This document shows positions 27,655 through 40,620 of a stretch of 64,000 nucleotides of DNA, piece after piece. Source of the stretch: Octopus sinensis (lineage: Eukaryota); contig NC_043009.1 in NCBI RefSeq assembly GCF_006345805.1, positions 14,322,001 through 14,386,000 of the forward strand. Reading direction: 5' to 3'. The position numbers were made by a program, and so were the translations under genes. The notes beneath the pieces are model-generated. The model searched no databases and was not told the origin of the DNA. It was given only the letters and a program-made list of their open reading frames with translations. Each line of letters opens with the position of its first letter. Within the stretch, counting starts at the first letter, position 1.

Positions 27655-28430
27655 CTCTATATCTCTCATATTTCATCATTTGGGACTGTAAAGACTATTA
27701 TGTGGTACCTTCTATTCTCTTTATCTACCACTACTAAATCAGGCATTCTAGCTTATATTACTCTGTTAGTCTGAATGTTGCACAACATCTTATATCTCTT
27801 ACTTTCTAGTACTTTACTAGTTTCATATTCATACCAATTTTCAATAGGGTCAAATCCCTCCTTTCTACATAATTCTCAGTGGATTACTCTCTCTATACTG
27901 CATCTCTTTATTTGTATCCCTTCTGTGCCAGCATGCTACATTTCCTTACTATATGAGTAACACTTAACTCTTGATTTGCATAACCTGGGAATCTACTTGG
28001 TTTTTGTCTATCTAGGCTTTTATCCGATTAGTTTGTAATGCTTCAGCTTCTACTGTTACAAACAAACTTTCTGTCTCATTTCAGCCTTCCTATCTGCAAC
28101 CATAACAATATCTCAATGTAACTATCTTTGAGAATCAACCATGCAAAGCGTTCTCCTGCCAGTCGTATAACTTTTGTTCTTTTCTCTAGTTTTAAACTTC
28201 GTTTGGCCTTCTGGTTTTCCTATGGCTTGCTGCAACTGAAGCAGCTTTTAAAACACTTTCATCACTATTACTTACATAGGAGTCTATATATACTCTAGCT
28301 AAATCCATGCAATCTTCTGCTGCTATTAACCCTCTTCCAATTTCCTTTCTAGGTAAGTATAGTTTTGCTACTCCTTCTCTAGGGTGGAGACCTCCATTCA
28401 AAATGAATTCCTGCTCTGTAGTCTTCAGAT
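27655..28430 (-). mobile_element. R4/Dong-like LINE remnant: RT thumb, CCHC zinc knuckle and REL endonuclease
   Basis: LHPREGVAKLYLPRKEIGRGLIAAEDC; ESLFVTVEAEALQTNRIKA*IDK; LCK...SVTHIVRKCSMLAQKGYK; ELCRKEGF...WYEYE...VLES; ARMPDLVVVDKENR (with stops and frameshifts). Confidence 0.82.
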
Positions 28431-28619
28431 TCTTACAAAGTAGCATGGTCAAGTGGGATACACGTTCCCTTCTAAACCATACAATGGGATGAGCCAGTCT
28501 AACAACATTAACATCAAACGAGGCATCTTTCCAGGTGGCTCCCTCTCTTTTGCATGTTACTGATCCAATTCTCAAACGAACTGGGTAACACCAGGTATAG
28601 GTTGAAAATGTATAATATT

Positions 28620-28922
28620 ATAGTAAATAGTCTTCTTTTCTTTTTTCCTTCAGCTCTTTGGTTGAACTTTTCCTTGCCCATCATTTCATCTGCATTTACA
28701 CCCATATCTTTCGTGGCATATTGCAGCAGGTCTTCATCACTATTAATCAAATACTCAGCAAGCGTTCTCCTTTCGCTCATTATACAACGGTCTATACTAA
28801 TTAGCCCTCTGCTACCATTCATTCTTTTCATATACAATGTGTTTATGTTTGGATTAGGATGTAGCGCTCTATGCTCGTCCTCAACTTTCTCGTCCTTCTA
28901 TCCAGTTTTGGTATTTCTTGAC
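28620..28922 (-). mobile_element. R4/Dong-like LINE remnant of a second subfamily (RT thumb region)
   Basis: QEIPKLDRRTRKL...ALHPNPNINTLYMKRMNGSRGLISIDRCIMSERRTLAEYLINSDEDLL. Confidence 0.75.
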
Positions 28923-28924
28923 TC

Positions 28925-29020
28925 CCATTATTATTATTATTATTATTATATTATTATTATTATTATATTATTATTATTATTATTATTATATATATTATTT
29001 ATTATTATTATTATTATTAT
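28925..29020. repeat. (ATT)n microsatellite
   Basis: Direct reading. Confidence 0.95.
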
Positions 29021-29573
29021 TGAGTGAGAGCAGTTCATGCCATCAAAGTGACACTGGGGTAAAATATACGAAGCCCAATATACCCATCATGACTACCCGT
29101 CTGATAAAGGTACACCAGGCACATGCATCACAACCATATGTGCGCGACATGGTGATCTCATATCAAGATAAACAGCACATGACCTTGCAGGTGGGGCCCA
29201 GTTAGAATTTTCTTCAGGTTGAGTAGCCCATCCCGCTCAAACGGTCCCTGAATAAGGGTTGTTTAAGGATGTTGAAAGAACCACCCATGTTTCCAGAGGT
29301 GAACTATTCAAACCCCAAAGAATCCCTCTCAACACATGGCTATGATGCTCCCCCACTACTTCTGCTCGTGATCAGAGATGCACATATCGTCAGCCACTAA
29401 GGGACATGCTCAACTGGTTAAGGTCAAACAACTGACAAGCAAATCTGTGGTATTGAGCAGAATATTTGCTGTAGCCCATCTTTTATACCAAGACAAAACA
29501 ATGTACATGATAACACTTCCAATCAGTTAAGATCAGAAGCCATGAGAGCCACTGCCTGGTACTGCATCAGGGC
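29021..29573 (-). mobile_element. ~550-bp non-coding interspersed element, copy 3 (complete, AAT repeats on both sides)
   Basis: Reverse complement of the 16437-16986 family, from GCCCTGATGCAG to CTCTCACTCA-ATAATAAT. Confidence 0.88.
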
Positions 29574-29574
29574 A

Positions 29575-29623
<49 letters not shown>

Positions 29624-29658
29624 TATTAATTATTATTATTATATTATTATTATCATCA

Positions 29659-29723
<65 letters not shown>

Positions 29724-29775
29724 AGTATTAGTAGTAGTAGTAAGTAGTAGTAGTAGTAGTAGTAGTAGTGTTGTG
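29575..29775. repeat. (ATT)n/(AGT)n microsatellite
   Basis: Direct reading. Confidence 0.93.
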
Positions 29776-30182
29776 TTGTTGTTCAACAATTGGTAGTTTC
29801 AGGCAAATTTCTACTGCATCACCTGCTACACTTCCGTGTTTCTGGAGTGTGTACAACATTGTGTGTTCTTCTCTGTTGTAGGGAGTGTGAAAACTCCTCC
29901 TGGTATTGCATTGTGTGAATTTCTCTTCGCTTGAGGTGTGCTGCCTATTTTGTTGTGTCACTATTTGTGTTCTGTGTTGAGTGTGCAATTTGCTGGTTAA
30001 TCGGATTGTTGGTGGAAGTTTTTTCTTTGGATAATTTCTTTATAGATCGTGTCTTGTGTTTGTGGGTTTTGCTTGGGTTGTATAATGTTGTATAATTGAA
30101 CTGTTAGTCACTTGCGTAGGATGTGGGCTCTTCCAAGGAGGGCTAATTTTTGGATAGTGCGTACTGTTTTTGTGGATACATT
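29775..30182 (-). mobile_element. R4/Dong-like LINE C-terminus and 3' UTR
   Basis: VSTKTVRTIQKLALLGRAHILRK*, followed by a UTR homologous to 17590-17880. Confidence 0.75.
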
Positions 30183-30199
30183 TTTTTTCTTCTTTTTTT

Positions 30200-30309
30200 T
30201 TCCTCTCCTCCACCTCCCATCCTCCCCTCCACCTCCCATCCTCCCCTCCACCTCCCATCCTCCCCTCCACCTCATAAACATCGTCATCCTCCTTCTCCTC
30301 CTCCTCCTC

Positions 30310-30365
<56 letters not shown>
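30200..30365. repeat. 20-bp tandem repeat (CCTCCACCTCCCATCCTCCC, ~3.5 copies) followed by (ATT)n
   Basis: Direct reading. Confidence 0.85.
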
Positions 30366-30366
<1 letters not shown>

Positions 30367-33300
30367 ACAAAAGCAAACAAAAGTCATTAAAACTATTCAA
30401 GGAAGAATTCGCAAATCCAATTCCTATAAAGCTGTTTAATTTTGATGACTATTTTTGTTTTGTTCAAAAATGAAGGTAAGCCTCGTCACAGCTTGATCAA
30501 ATTTCAAATTTGATTACTGTAAAAGCCATACCGCTCCCTGATTCTTACAGTTTTGGAATCTCCGATAAATGGACACGAAAAATTTCCGTAAAATTTTTAT
30601 GCAAATGATGTTGAAAGATAGAGGAATATAACTCTTTTTTTATTAATGTTTCATTATAATTTTACCAAACATGAATTATGTAATTAAATATATGCCCTGC
30701 CCAAATCTCTAATCAGGAAGGAAACACAGATACACTGAAAACCACCTAATACATATATACAAATAGACATACATACGGTTGCTAGGTACTGTTGGAAACC
30801 TGCAAATCATCAGCGTCAGTGTACCAACACACGTAGCTCCTAATTTTATTGTCAAACTCTCCTTACATTTTTCAACCAGTTGAAGATCTATTTCACATTG
30901 GAAACTATCCAGTGCTGTATATCTAATAAATGTTCCCTTTACACTTGCAGCTCTAAGCTGATATAATTTCGTAAACGAAATGCACAATAGATTCCCACTC
31001 TTAAAGTGGAGATTTCTCTGCATCACTCCACTCCAACTGTTAAATTTGTGACAATTACCAGTACACAGCTGAATAATTCTTGGTTGATGAGTTCCATCAT
31101 TATCTACAGTTACCCTCTCGTTATTATTCTAGATATTCAACTGGTCAGTTCTCCTATGATGCTCTATTTTTCACCGTTTTTAATGTTAGCTAGATATCTA
31201 TGAAAAATGATACTGAACAAAATTAAGCAACTTATGTCATTAGCTACGGTTGCTACACCCACTCATTATTTTGAATATATAACACACGCGATATGCTAGA
31301 ATTCATTATTTTCCTCTTGTTTAAAAATTGTTCATGATGACTCGGACTTTTTCCTCATTTTCACGTCAAGTCCTCTTAGATTTACATAAGTCTGTGATAG
31401 AGATGCAGAAGACGGAGACAAAATTACCGGCAATAATTTTAACGATTGCTCCATTCTTTTCCCATTGTTTTCTTATTTCCAAAGGTCTTCAACAATACAG
31501 CATTTGTACTAATTGTTGAAACAAATTCATGGTATCTTTAACCACTGGAAAATCCTGATCAAGCAAACCCATATTTAAATGTATTCAGACGATGCATATC
31601 ATTATTCTTTAAAGTTAACTAGAACTACATAATAAATTATGGTCTTTACTTATTTAAGACGATAGATTGTAATTTGAGGCAGATTTTTCTGCTATTTCTT
31701 CAAGTTTGTCTAGGTTCCGAAAACAATTAGATTAGATTGGATTTCATTCCATAGAATCGCTTATTTCTCTAATGTTCAATTTTCTTTCCTTCAAGCGTGT
31801 AGAAATAAATTTTAATAGTAATGTTGGTAAGTAACAAAATTCGCAGCAAAACTAATAATTCGAAAATAATGTTAATGCAAAAACCATAACGGAGTGTATA
31901 AGACTTGGTAGACATGTCAGGCTACGAAAGTAAACATGTTGTAGTGTAAATAGTTCATTCTTTCAGAGTCATTAGGGCTGCGTACACTTTTCACACAACT
32001 TATGTTGTTGAATAACATTTCCCTTCCTGTACCAATACAACAGCGGACATTTTTAATCGATTAGAAGGGTTTGTTTGCACTATACACATACATAAAAAAC
32101 ATACATGAGTACATGCATATACACGCGTGCGCGCGCACACGCACATACTCACGTATATAGTCTAAAGAAATCAATATTTGATGCAACTGAAATTGCAACG
32201 ATTTTGCCGAAATGAGGGAGTAAAGCGATGATTTGAATACTTCAAAGTATTAGGTTTTCTCTATTTTCTTCCTTAACTGAAACTGTACCTTTCACTGTCC
32301 TGAGATTGGTAGAACAGGTAGCAACCCTTAAAACCACGTAAAGAAAATCTGGCCTTGTGCCTAGTCAATAAAAATCCAACACTAGATGCAGCAGAAAATA
32401 AAAATTCTGGATAACAAATTAGTTTTATCTCACTTAATCTGATGGCTTAGGAAGCTAATGAATTTCAAAAACGGCGAGGTTGTACAGCTTGACATCTATT
32501 CAAAGCAGTTTCCATTCAATTGATACAAAGCAGGACTAATTTTAATCGGGCCAATTAATTAGTTTTGCTGACATCATTTTCGACACTCCATATATGATAC
32601 ACTGCTATATAATCTGTCATATCTCAAATAACCTGTTGTGCAGATAGCAAAACCTCAAACGAATGCAAAAAATAAAAATTATCAAAATGGATTTTTTCTA
32701 TTAATTAAATATCGTCAAAAAGTTTCCATTGTAAGTTAACTTCTCCAGACGCACAGCATCGTGCACTGCGTGCAACTTGATCGACCTTTTGGTAATTATG
32801 ATTCTAAAAATATAGTTTGATGTTTATTGGTGAGAACATTTGTCTTTGCTTTGATGTTTTTTTTCTCTATAGAATGTGTTTAAAGAAAAGAAATATAAAC
32901 GAAATATTTGTTTACCACTTATAAAAACAAAAATTAAATTTTCATTAAAAAGTATTTCTGGAAAAATAAACCTCAACGGATTTTATAATGAATAAAACAA
33001 CAATTAGTAAAATGAATCATTTGTGAGCTATAGAAAGAGATAAGGCATTGACGATAAAAAATATTTGTGATTGCGAAACAGAAAAATACATACAGAAATT
33101 TTGAGGACATTTTAAGTACAGCGTTGCATTCAACTAATTGTTTTAATACATGCAGTTATGTCTGTGTACATACATAACTGTCTGTGTACATAAATGTGTG
33201 TGTGTGTATGTGTAGAATTCCTATCATGCTTCTGTAGTGGAGTACATTACGCTTTCTATCAATTTTCACTGTGCTCTTCCATGTACCACTATACTATAAG

Positions 33301-34574
33301 ATATCTGGATATATTTGTGTAGATCAATAGCGTTAGGGGGCGAGATCACGCACACTCTCCGGAGTGCGGCAATAGCTTTACTAACTCACAGTTATTGTCA
33401 GTCTCATTATTGCTGTTGTAGCTGATGACACAACTCTAATAGCTAAAAGTGTCCACTGCCTCGATATTTTGTTGATTGATCTTTATTATGGCTGTTGTTC
33501 GACGCTGACTGTTTTGTTCATCTGAGAACGTAATCATAAGACCACATAATCTTAAAACGTTCTAAAAAGATCCAGCTCTGGGCCGACAAGATTAAAACTA
33601 GCAAGTCACTTAGTCCGGTAACTAAAACAAAGCCATTGTAAAACAGCTTTCAGATGGGGGAAAATAAAGAGAGGAAGATGGAAAACTGCATAGCAGAGAG
33701 CTTTCGTAAGAAGTCTGACTGGATGCAGCGAAAAACGCAAGCAACAGAAATCAATGGTGTCACCTTGCTGCTCAATGTACTCGGAAGGGCAAGAAGAACC
33801 AATACTGATGACATTAAACGAATTTCTGTTATTTGAAATTCCGCGCTTACTGACTATATTAAAATAGGCGTGCGTGTGTGCGTGTGTGTGTGTGTGCGTG
33901 TGTGTGTGTGTGTGTATGTATGTGTGTATGTGTGTGTGCGCGTTCGTGTGTGTGAATGTACATTTGTAGATGTGTTCGTAAATATATAGATATGAACGGA
34001 AACTCTCTCTCACACACACACATATATATATATGTATGTATGTATGTATAACTATATATATCATTCTGTCTGTGTATATATATATATATGTATTTGTGTG
34101 TGTGTGGGTGTTAAAATATATATATATATATACACATGCCGATGTATATGAATACACACGTACAAATACACAAATATGAATGCACGGAAATTTTCACATT
34201 CATTTCCTCAGAACCTATGCGTTTTATTCCGTATATAATCCATTAGCCTACGTAATCAAACTTAACTCCATTAATTCCCTTCCAATAAGGTAGCTAACTT
34301 CTACTCTCTTTCTCTCTCTCTCTTTCTCTCTCTCTCTCTCGCTCTCTCTCCATCTCCAGATCACTCTTATGTGTCTTCGTTAACCCGCTTTAAATTAGAT
34401 ATTATACATTTGGTGTGAGCCCTACCATTCCGTGTTAAAATTCTCAATAACTGATTTCTCAAAAAAATTACTTCGCCAACTTACAAACCATTTTTTAAAA
34501 GTAAACGCTACAAATGAATAAAGCAAACTGCTCGGCCATGGATACTCATACGATTGAAATGGAGTAGTAGTAGC

Positions 34575-34710
34575 CTTCTTCTTCTTCTTCTTCTTCTTCT
34601 TCTTCTTCTTCTTCTTCTTCTTCTTCTTCTTCTTCTTCTTCTTCTTCTTCTTCTCTTCTTCTTCTTCTTCTTCTTCTTCTTCCTCTCCTCCTTCTTCTTC
34701 TCCTTCTTTC
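34575..34710. repeat. (CTT)n microsatellite
   Basis: Direct reading. Confidence 0.95.
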
Positions 34711-35637
34711 TATATCCATGTTTATATGCTTTATTATCATTTATAGTCTATGCCTTGTCCGCTAGTTCCCCAATCTTATTTTATTTTACTTACTGTTTCC
34801 TTCCCATATAAGCAACATAAAAAGTTGAACCATCACAAACGGTAAGGTAAGAGCCTACCATTGAACGCAGGCCTTTGCATGAAAATTTTGCCTGTAACGA
34901 CGTTAAAAAGAGAGGCGTATCAAAAATTTTCTAACTGTTAAGATGCGCTAACCTGTTTCTTTCTCAGTTTCTCATGCTTATTATTTGGACGATATATGTA
35001 TGTACACACACACACGCACAAATACACACACACAAACACACACGCACGAACACACGCATACATACACATATATTCATTCATATACACATATACAGACAGA
35101 TACACACATACATACACGTATACGCACGCACGTATATACAAACCTGAAAGCGTGATTCGTGATTCATCAACAATTTGTTTCTTTGGATATCTTTGTATGT
35201 CTCCTGTTTTTGGCAATTCTGATTGAAACGCACACATCCTTTATACATACACATACATACGCGCACAAACATATACACGCTCATATACACAGACAGACAC
35301 ATACATACACATACGCGTGCACACGCTCGTACTCGAACAAATATATGAAGTTCCTGATGTGTGAATTTGTCTTACATTAATACATGAAGACCGAACAGAG
35401 AAACAAATGCAGGTTGCATCATTCCTTTTAAATAAGCTATTACAAACTTGTAGATATACGCATCTATACATTGGTAGAGGGTATAAACACAAAAACACAT
35501 TCATTTAAGCTACCCTAGAGTATATGTAGACACATGCGTATACAATTGAATATATTTTAGCTTCAGAGGCAAAATTACATAAATACTGTTTAAGAGTCAC
35601 ACGTGAAATACTTGCAAATAAATCTCCATTGAGAATA

Positions 35638-35674
<37 letters not shown>

Positions 35675-35722
35675 TGCACACACACACACGCATGCACACA
35701 TATAGACACACACGCACGGACG

Positions 35723-35756
<34 letters not shown>

Positions 35757-37401
35757 GAACGGGCAGATAGATTTCTTCATGCACACGCTCTTTCGATATC
35801 GATTGTTTGAAAGTTTAGCGTAAACCATATTTTTGTTAATAAGCTACTGACAGCTCATTAATTTCCGGTTACGAGCAAAAGTTGGCTGCCATCGCTAGAC
35901 TAACGCAATTGTCTTTGTAGCATTATCACTCGTCTACTTTAATTCGGAGTCGCTAATTTCTGGTTTAATTCCACTCAAGAGCAAAAGGTTATAGATTGTG
36001 GAAGTAAATGGTTTCTTTTATTTTAATGAGAATTTGATGAAAGACAACAATTTCGTTGAAAATGATACAAAAAAAAACCAACAGAAAAAGAAACTAAAAT
36101 TCCGAATATTTTTTTTCTTTTGATACTGGCGGGTTATATATGTAGAAAAAAAGAAATGTGTGTACGAATGTTCGTGTTTGTGTGTATGTATGATGTGTGT
36201 GGAGGTAGTATCTGTGATTGCACGCTTGTATGTGAATTTTGAATTATTTTGGAAGCCCAAAGGATTTCCCATTGTTATCAGTATGAAGTATTCTGTGTAT
36301 ATGTCTTCAATTGCAAAGATACCTAAATATAAATATAGAACTTAAAATATGATAGTAAAAAAATAAGACTGTCATGATTCTAAACACGTTAGTTGAAACG
36401 AAATTAGTAAATAATACTAAAAAATACTGTTAGCTAGGCTGTGATTCTGGTGTTTAATCTTCAGTCTTTAATCTACTCCCGATAAATGGTTTAAGATTAC
36501 TTAGCATCTTTGGTACATAGGGTTAAATATCTAGGTCAGATTCCACAGAATGTATGATTAATATAGTTTTTAAATCCCTACATCAATTATTATCGTGTCA
36601 TCAAACTAAGCTGTGGAAAGTACAGTCAGCAAATCGCCGGATGGAATACTTTTACACTATTTACTGCTTCCATTTACGTTCTGAATTCAAGTAACAGTGA
36701 GGTCAGCTTCACATCCCTCGAGAAACATAAAAAAAACTGATAGCTCAAATATATTTACAAATAGGAATAGGTAAAATAGATATGAAATTTTCAACGTTAA
36801 TAACGTGGTGAAATGATCGAAATAGAATACAAAGACTGGGAATGAAGCCAGATTGCGTTGCAACTTTCTAAGATTTAAGTGAATAAAGTATAAAGAAGAC
36901 CAAGAGACTGAATCAAACACGAAAACGATATTTGACACTTTCAGAGTCAACAATGCTCATAGTTAGATTTACTATTATATCAATGTTAAATTTATGTCAA
37001 TACAGACCAATTAAAAGGTAGCGACTGATATACGATATTAACTTCTATTCAGGGGAAAAAGAAATATTGATGGAGCGCAAAAAGAGAAATAAACATATAT
37101 GTACGCATTTTCGAAGATTATGTTTAGCATCATGCTACTGTTTCGAAACAACACATTTTCGTACTGAAACTTTTCCTACAGTTTTATACTAAAAAACACG
37201 CATTTATGCATCTATGCGCATACACGCACGCACGCACTCTTGAAAAGATATTTATATCCATATGGTCGTGTTAAGATAAGTTTTTATAAAAGTAATACAT
37301 CCGTCAGTATATAAGGTAGGGGGTTTTAGTGATGAAAGAAGCAGCATTATTTACATAAAGACACATTGCATCACCTTAGAAAAGGATATATTGAACAATG
37401 A

Positions 37402-37643
37402 AAAGGCGGCGAGCTGGCAGAATCGTTAGAACGTCGGGCGAAATGCTTAGCAGTAATTCGTCTGCCGTTACGTTCTGAGTTCAAATTCTGCCAAGGTCGA
37501 CTTTGCCTTTCATCCTTTCAGGGTCGATAAATTAAGTACCAGTTACGCACTGGGTCGATATAATCGACTTAATCCGTTTGTCTCTCCTTGTTTGTCCTTG
37601 TTTGTCCCCTCTATGTTTAGCCCCTTGTGGGTAGTAAAGAAAT
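37402..37643 (+). mobile_element. SINE family A, full length, with 14-bp target-site duplication
   Basis: Complete copy; ATATATTGAACAAT occurs at 37386-37399 and 37644-37657. Confidence 0.92.
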
Positions 37644-37811
37644 ATATATTGAACAATAAGGTCTGCTCATAGGCAAAAGAGAAGATTTGTAGGAGGGGCA
37701 TTCAACTATTGAAACAGTTTTCGATGAAATGAAAAAAATATTAAATAGTGCAATACAGTAGTATGAATATATATATGTATATATATATATATATATACAC
37801 ACACACATAAT

Positions 37812-38020
37812 TGTGTGTGCTTGTGTCTGTCTTTGTTCCCCACCATGGCTTGACAACCCGTTCTGGTTTGTTTACTACGCTTTGGCGTTGCGGTTCGATC
37901 AAATTGGTCGATAGAATAAATACCAGGCTTTAAAAATGTCTTGTGATTGACGAGCTGGAGTAAAAGTTTTGAAGGTGATGCTCCAGCATGACTGCAGTCA
38001 AATGATTAGAAATATTAAAA
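37812..38020 (+). mobile_element. SINE family B 3' half
   Basis: GCTTGACAACC...GATAGAATAAATACCAGGCTT...CTCCAGCATGACTGCAGTCAAATGA. Confidence 0.75.
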
Positions 38021-38744
38021 GGTGAAAGCTACATGCATACATACATCCAAACATATATATATGCGTGTATGTGTCAGTATATATATGGGTGTATTACGTA
38101 TCGTTATTTATGCATGTATATTTCCATATGCCCGAGATGCATGTGTATATACTTATACATGCATACCTACTCACATACACGCGTACATCACATGTATGTT
38201 ACATATTATTTTGCCACTAAATATATCTGTGTGATTAAGTCTAATCTGTGTTTTTTTAAATGGAAGCAACAATTTTAGAGAAAGCAGCTATTCTAAATGC
38301 TTCCTACGTCTAATTACGTATAAAAATACCATTAACTATTTAAAATGTTTTTTCTCCTTCTAAATGTTATCAATTTCCAATCAATAAATCGAAACAAATT
38401 TCATGAAATATATTTAAAAAAATTTTAAATAGTAAAAATAAGTTTAATATTTATTTTATATTTAAATCTGATACGGAACACATTAAAATTAATTACAATC
38501 TCCCAACGAAAACATCCTGATAGTTCTCTAATAACGCGAACATTGGAATACAAGGAATTCTGCGACTCATCCATTAATAATCTGATATTCTGTTCTATTT
38601 TTAACTTTTATTACCAATCTCAAGGGTGGAAGAATTAACTGTCTTTTTTAGTCACAACATTCATTCGTTTAATTGAGGATCCCAGCATTAAATTTATTAC
38701 GAAGCGACTTCTTGATTTCAATATTCCAGTACTTTCTAAGAGTA

Positions 38745-39130
38745 GCGAGTTGTCTGAATCGTTAACACCCATGCTTATTGTGACTTCCTTTTGAGTTTAA
38801 ATTCCTCTGAGGTCGATTTTGCCTTTCATTCTCACGTGGTCGATAAAAAAAGCACCAAAATTCCTGGCCACGTACCAAAATATGAAACTAATATTTCAGT
38901 ACTTGCAAAGAGCAGAAATTTTGCAGAACCGTTAGCAGTATTTATTCCGTCTTTACGTCCTGAGTTTAAATTCCGATGATATCGACTTTGCAATTCGTCC
39001 TTCTGGTAAAATAAAATAAGTACCCGTTGCACACTGCGGTCGATGTAACCGGCTTATCACCCGTATTGTCTATTTGTCGATATATGTCGTCATTTTCAAA
39101 TTGCTGGCCTTGTGCCAACATTTGAAATCA
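38745..39130 (+). mobile_element. Two tandem degenerate SINE family A fragments
   Basis: GAGTTTAAATTCC...GGTCGATTTTGCCTTTCAT and a second GAGTTTAAATTCCG...AATAAGTACCCGTTG; tail TTGCTGGCCTTGTGCCAACATTTGAAA. Confidence 0.65.
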
Positions 39131-39434
39131 GCATATCAGTGCTTGCTCTATATGAATAGTGTATCGTAAACTGGACCGTAGACGAACCAGTATCATGGTG
39201 GTTACTAGGCCTGCTAGGAATTCCAACAATATTAGTAGCAAATAGCAAACTATTGTTATTATAGGAGTAAGCGTATTTTTGTAGGCTGGTGTCAGTTGTC
39301 AAAGAAAATTTTTCGTCTTTAATGCGGTGGCAACATAATTACGACTCTACAGATGAATGGTAGAGGTGGTGGATTTATACACACACATACACACACGCAC
39401 ACACATGTATATATATATATATATATATATATAT

Positions 39435-39590
39435 GTAGGGAGAGTTTACGAAAAAGACAAAAGACGAAGACAGGTGGTGTACAAAACAAGCAGATGTATT
39501 AGTATAACGCTCAGGAATAGAAAAAGCCTTTTACGTTTCAAGCCTACGCTCTTCTACAGAAAGGCACACAGAAAAAACAAGTAGAGAAAC
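39435..39590 (-). mobile_element. PLE pLTR fragment containing a minimal hammerhead-like motif (39526-39565)
   Basis: Minus strand reads GCCTTT-CTGTAGA-A-GAGC-GTAG-GCTT-GAAA-CG-TA-AAAGGC; homologous to 59493-59695. Confidence 0.65.
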
Positions 39591-39604
39591 AACATATGTA
39601 TATA

Positions 39605-40300
39605 TATATATAAGCTTTATGAAAATAGACAAACGACGAAGGCAGGTGGGAAACAAACAAACAATTGTATTAGTATGGGGCTCAGGAAATATAAATAAAA
39701 CAAGTCTTTAACGTTTCGAGCCTACGCTCTTCAACAGAAAGATACACAGAGAGAAAAAAAACAGAAAGAAGGAGAAAAAAATGCGTGCAGTAACTAACGA
39801 ATCAACATGGCGATCTGATTTCGGCCAGAGGTCAAAGATCAAACATGAGACGCGAGAGCGAAATAAGGGGAGATAATAGGGTTGATAATAGGGTTGAATG
39901 ACCAGCTATTAGTGCGTATGAGAGGTCTGGACGTGTGTATGTATAGGGTTGGTGTATGCATTAGTATGTATTAGTATGTATAAGGGTGTGTGTGTGTGTG
40001 TGTGTATGAGAGAGTATTAGTGCGTATGAGAGGTCTGGACGTGCGTATGTATAGGGTTGGTGTATGTATTAGTATGTATTAGTATGTATTAGTACGTATT
40101 AGTATGTATAAGTGTGTGTGTGTGTGTGTGTATGAGAGAGTATAAGTGCGTATGAGAGGTCTGGACGTGTGTATGTATAGGGTTGGTGTATGTATTAGTA
40201 TGTATTAGTATGTATTAGTACGTATTAGTATGTATTAGTTGGTGTATGTATTAGTATGGCACATCATATATGATGTGATGTGTAAAGTCGTGTGGTGTAG
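39605..40300 (-). mobile_element. PLE pLTR-like segment with a hammerhead-like motif (39705-39742) and an internal minisatellite
   Basis: Minus strand reads TCTTT-CTGTTGA-A-GAGC-GTAG-GCTC-GAAA-CG-TT-AAAGA; related to the preceding copy but from a different subfamily. Confidence 0.6.
39907..40250. repeat. Compound minisatellite, three units of ~110-125 bp
   Basis: Units start at 39907, 40015 and 40141 with TATTAGTGCGTATGAGAGGTCTGGACGTG...; the internal (TATTAGTATG)n and (TG)n copy numbers vary. Confidence 0.9.
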
Positions 40301-40620
40301 TGTGGAGAGAGGAGAAGAGGGGGAGGGGGAGGAGAGGGGAGGAGAGGGGAGGAGAGGGGGAAGAGGAGAAGAGGGGGATGGGAGGGGGAAAGGAGGGGGA
40401 GAGAGAGGAAGGGGAGAAGGAAGGAGGGGAGGAGGAGGGGAGGAGGAAGGAGGAAAGAGGGAGAGGGGGAGAGAGAAGGGGAGTGAGGGAGCAGAGGGAA
40501 GAGGGAAGGAGGGAGGGAGAAAGAGGGAAGAAGGGAAGGGCAGTAGGGGTGAAAGGATGAAGGACTGAAGAATTAGGGGTCGGGGGGAAGGATAGGTAAG
40601 GAGGGGGGAGAGGGGGGTTA
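40300..40620. repeat. Polypurine G/A low-complexity tract
   Basis: Direct reading; source of the Gly/Glu/Arg ORFs. Confidence 0.9.

Noticed and set aside
39907-40250. Repeat array superficially like CRISPR repeat-spacer units
   Set aside because: The units are wholly repetitive with no unique spacers, the context is eukaryotic, and there are no cas genes.
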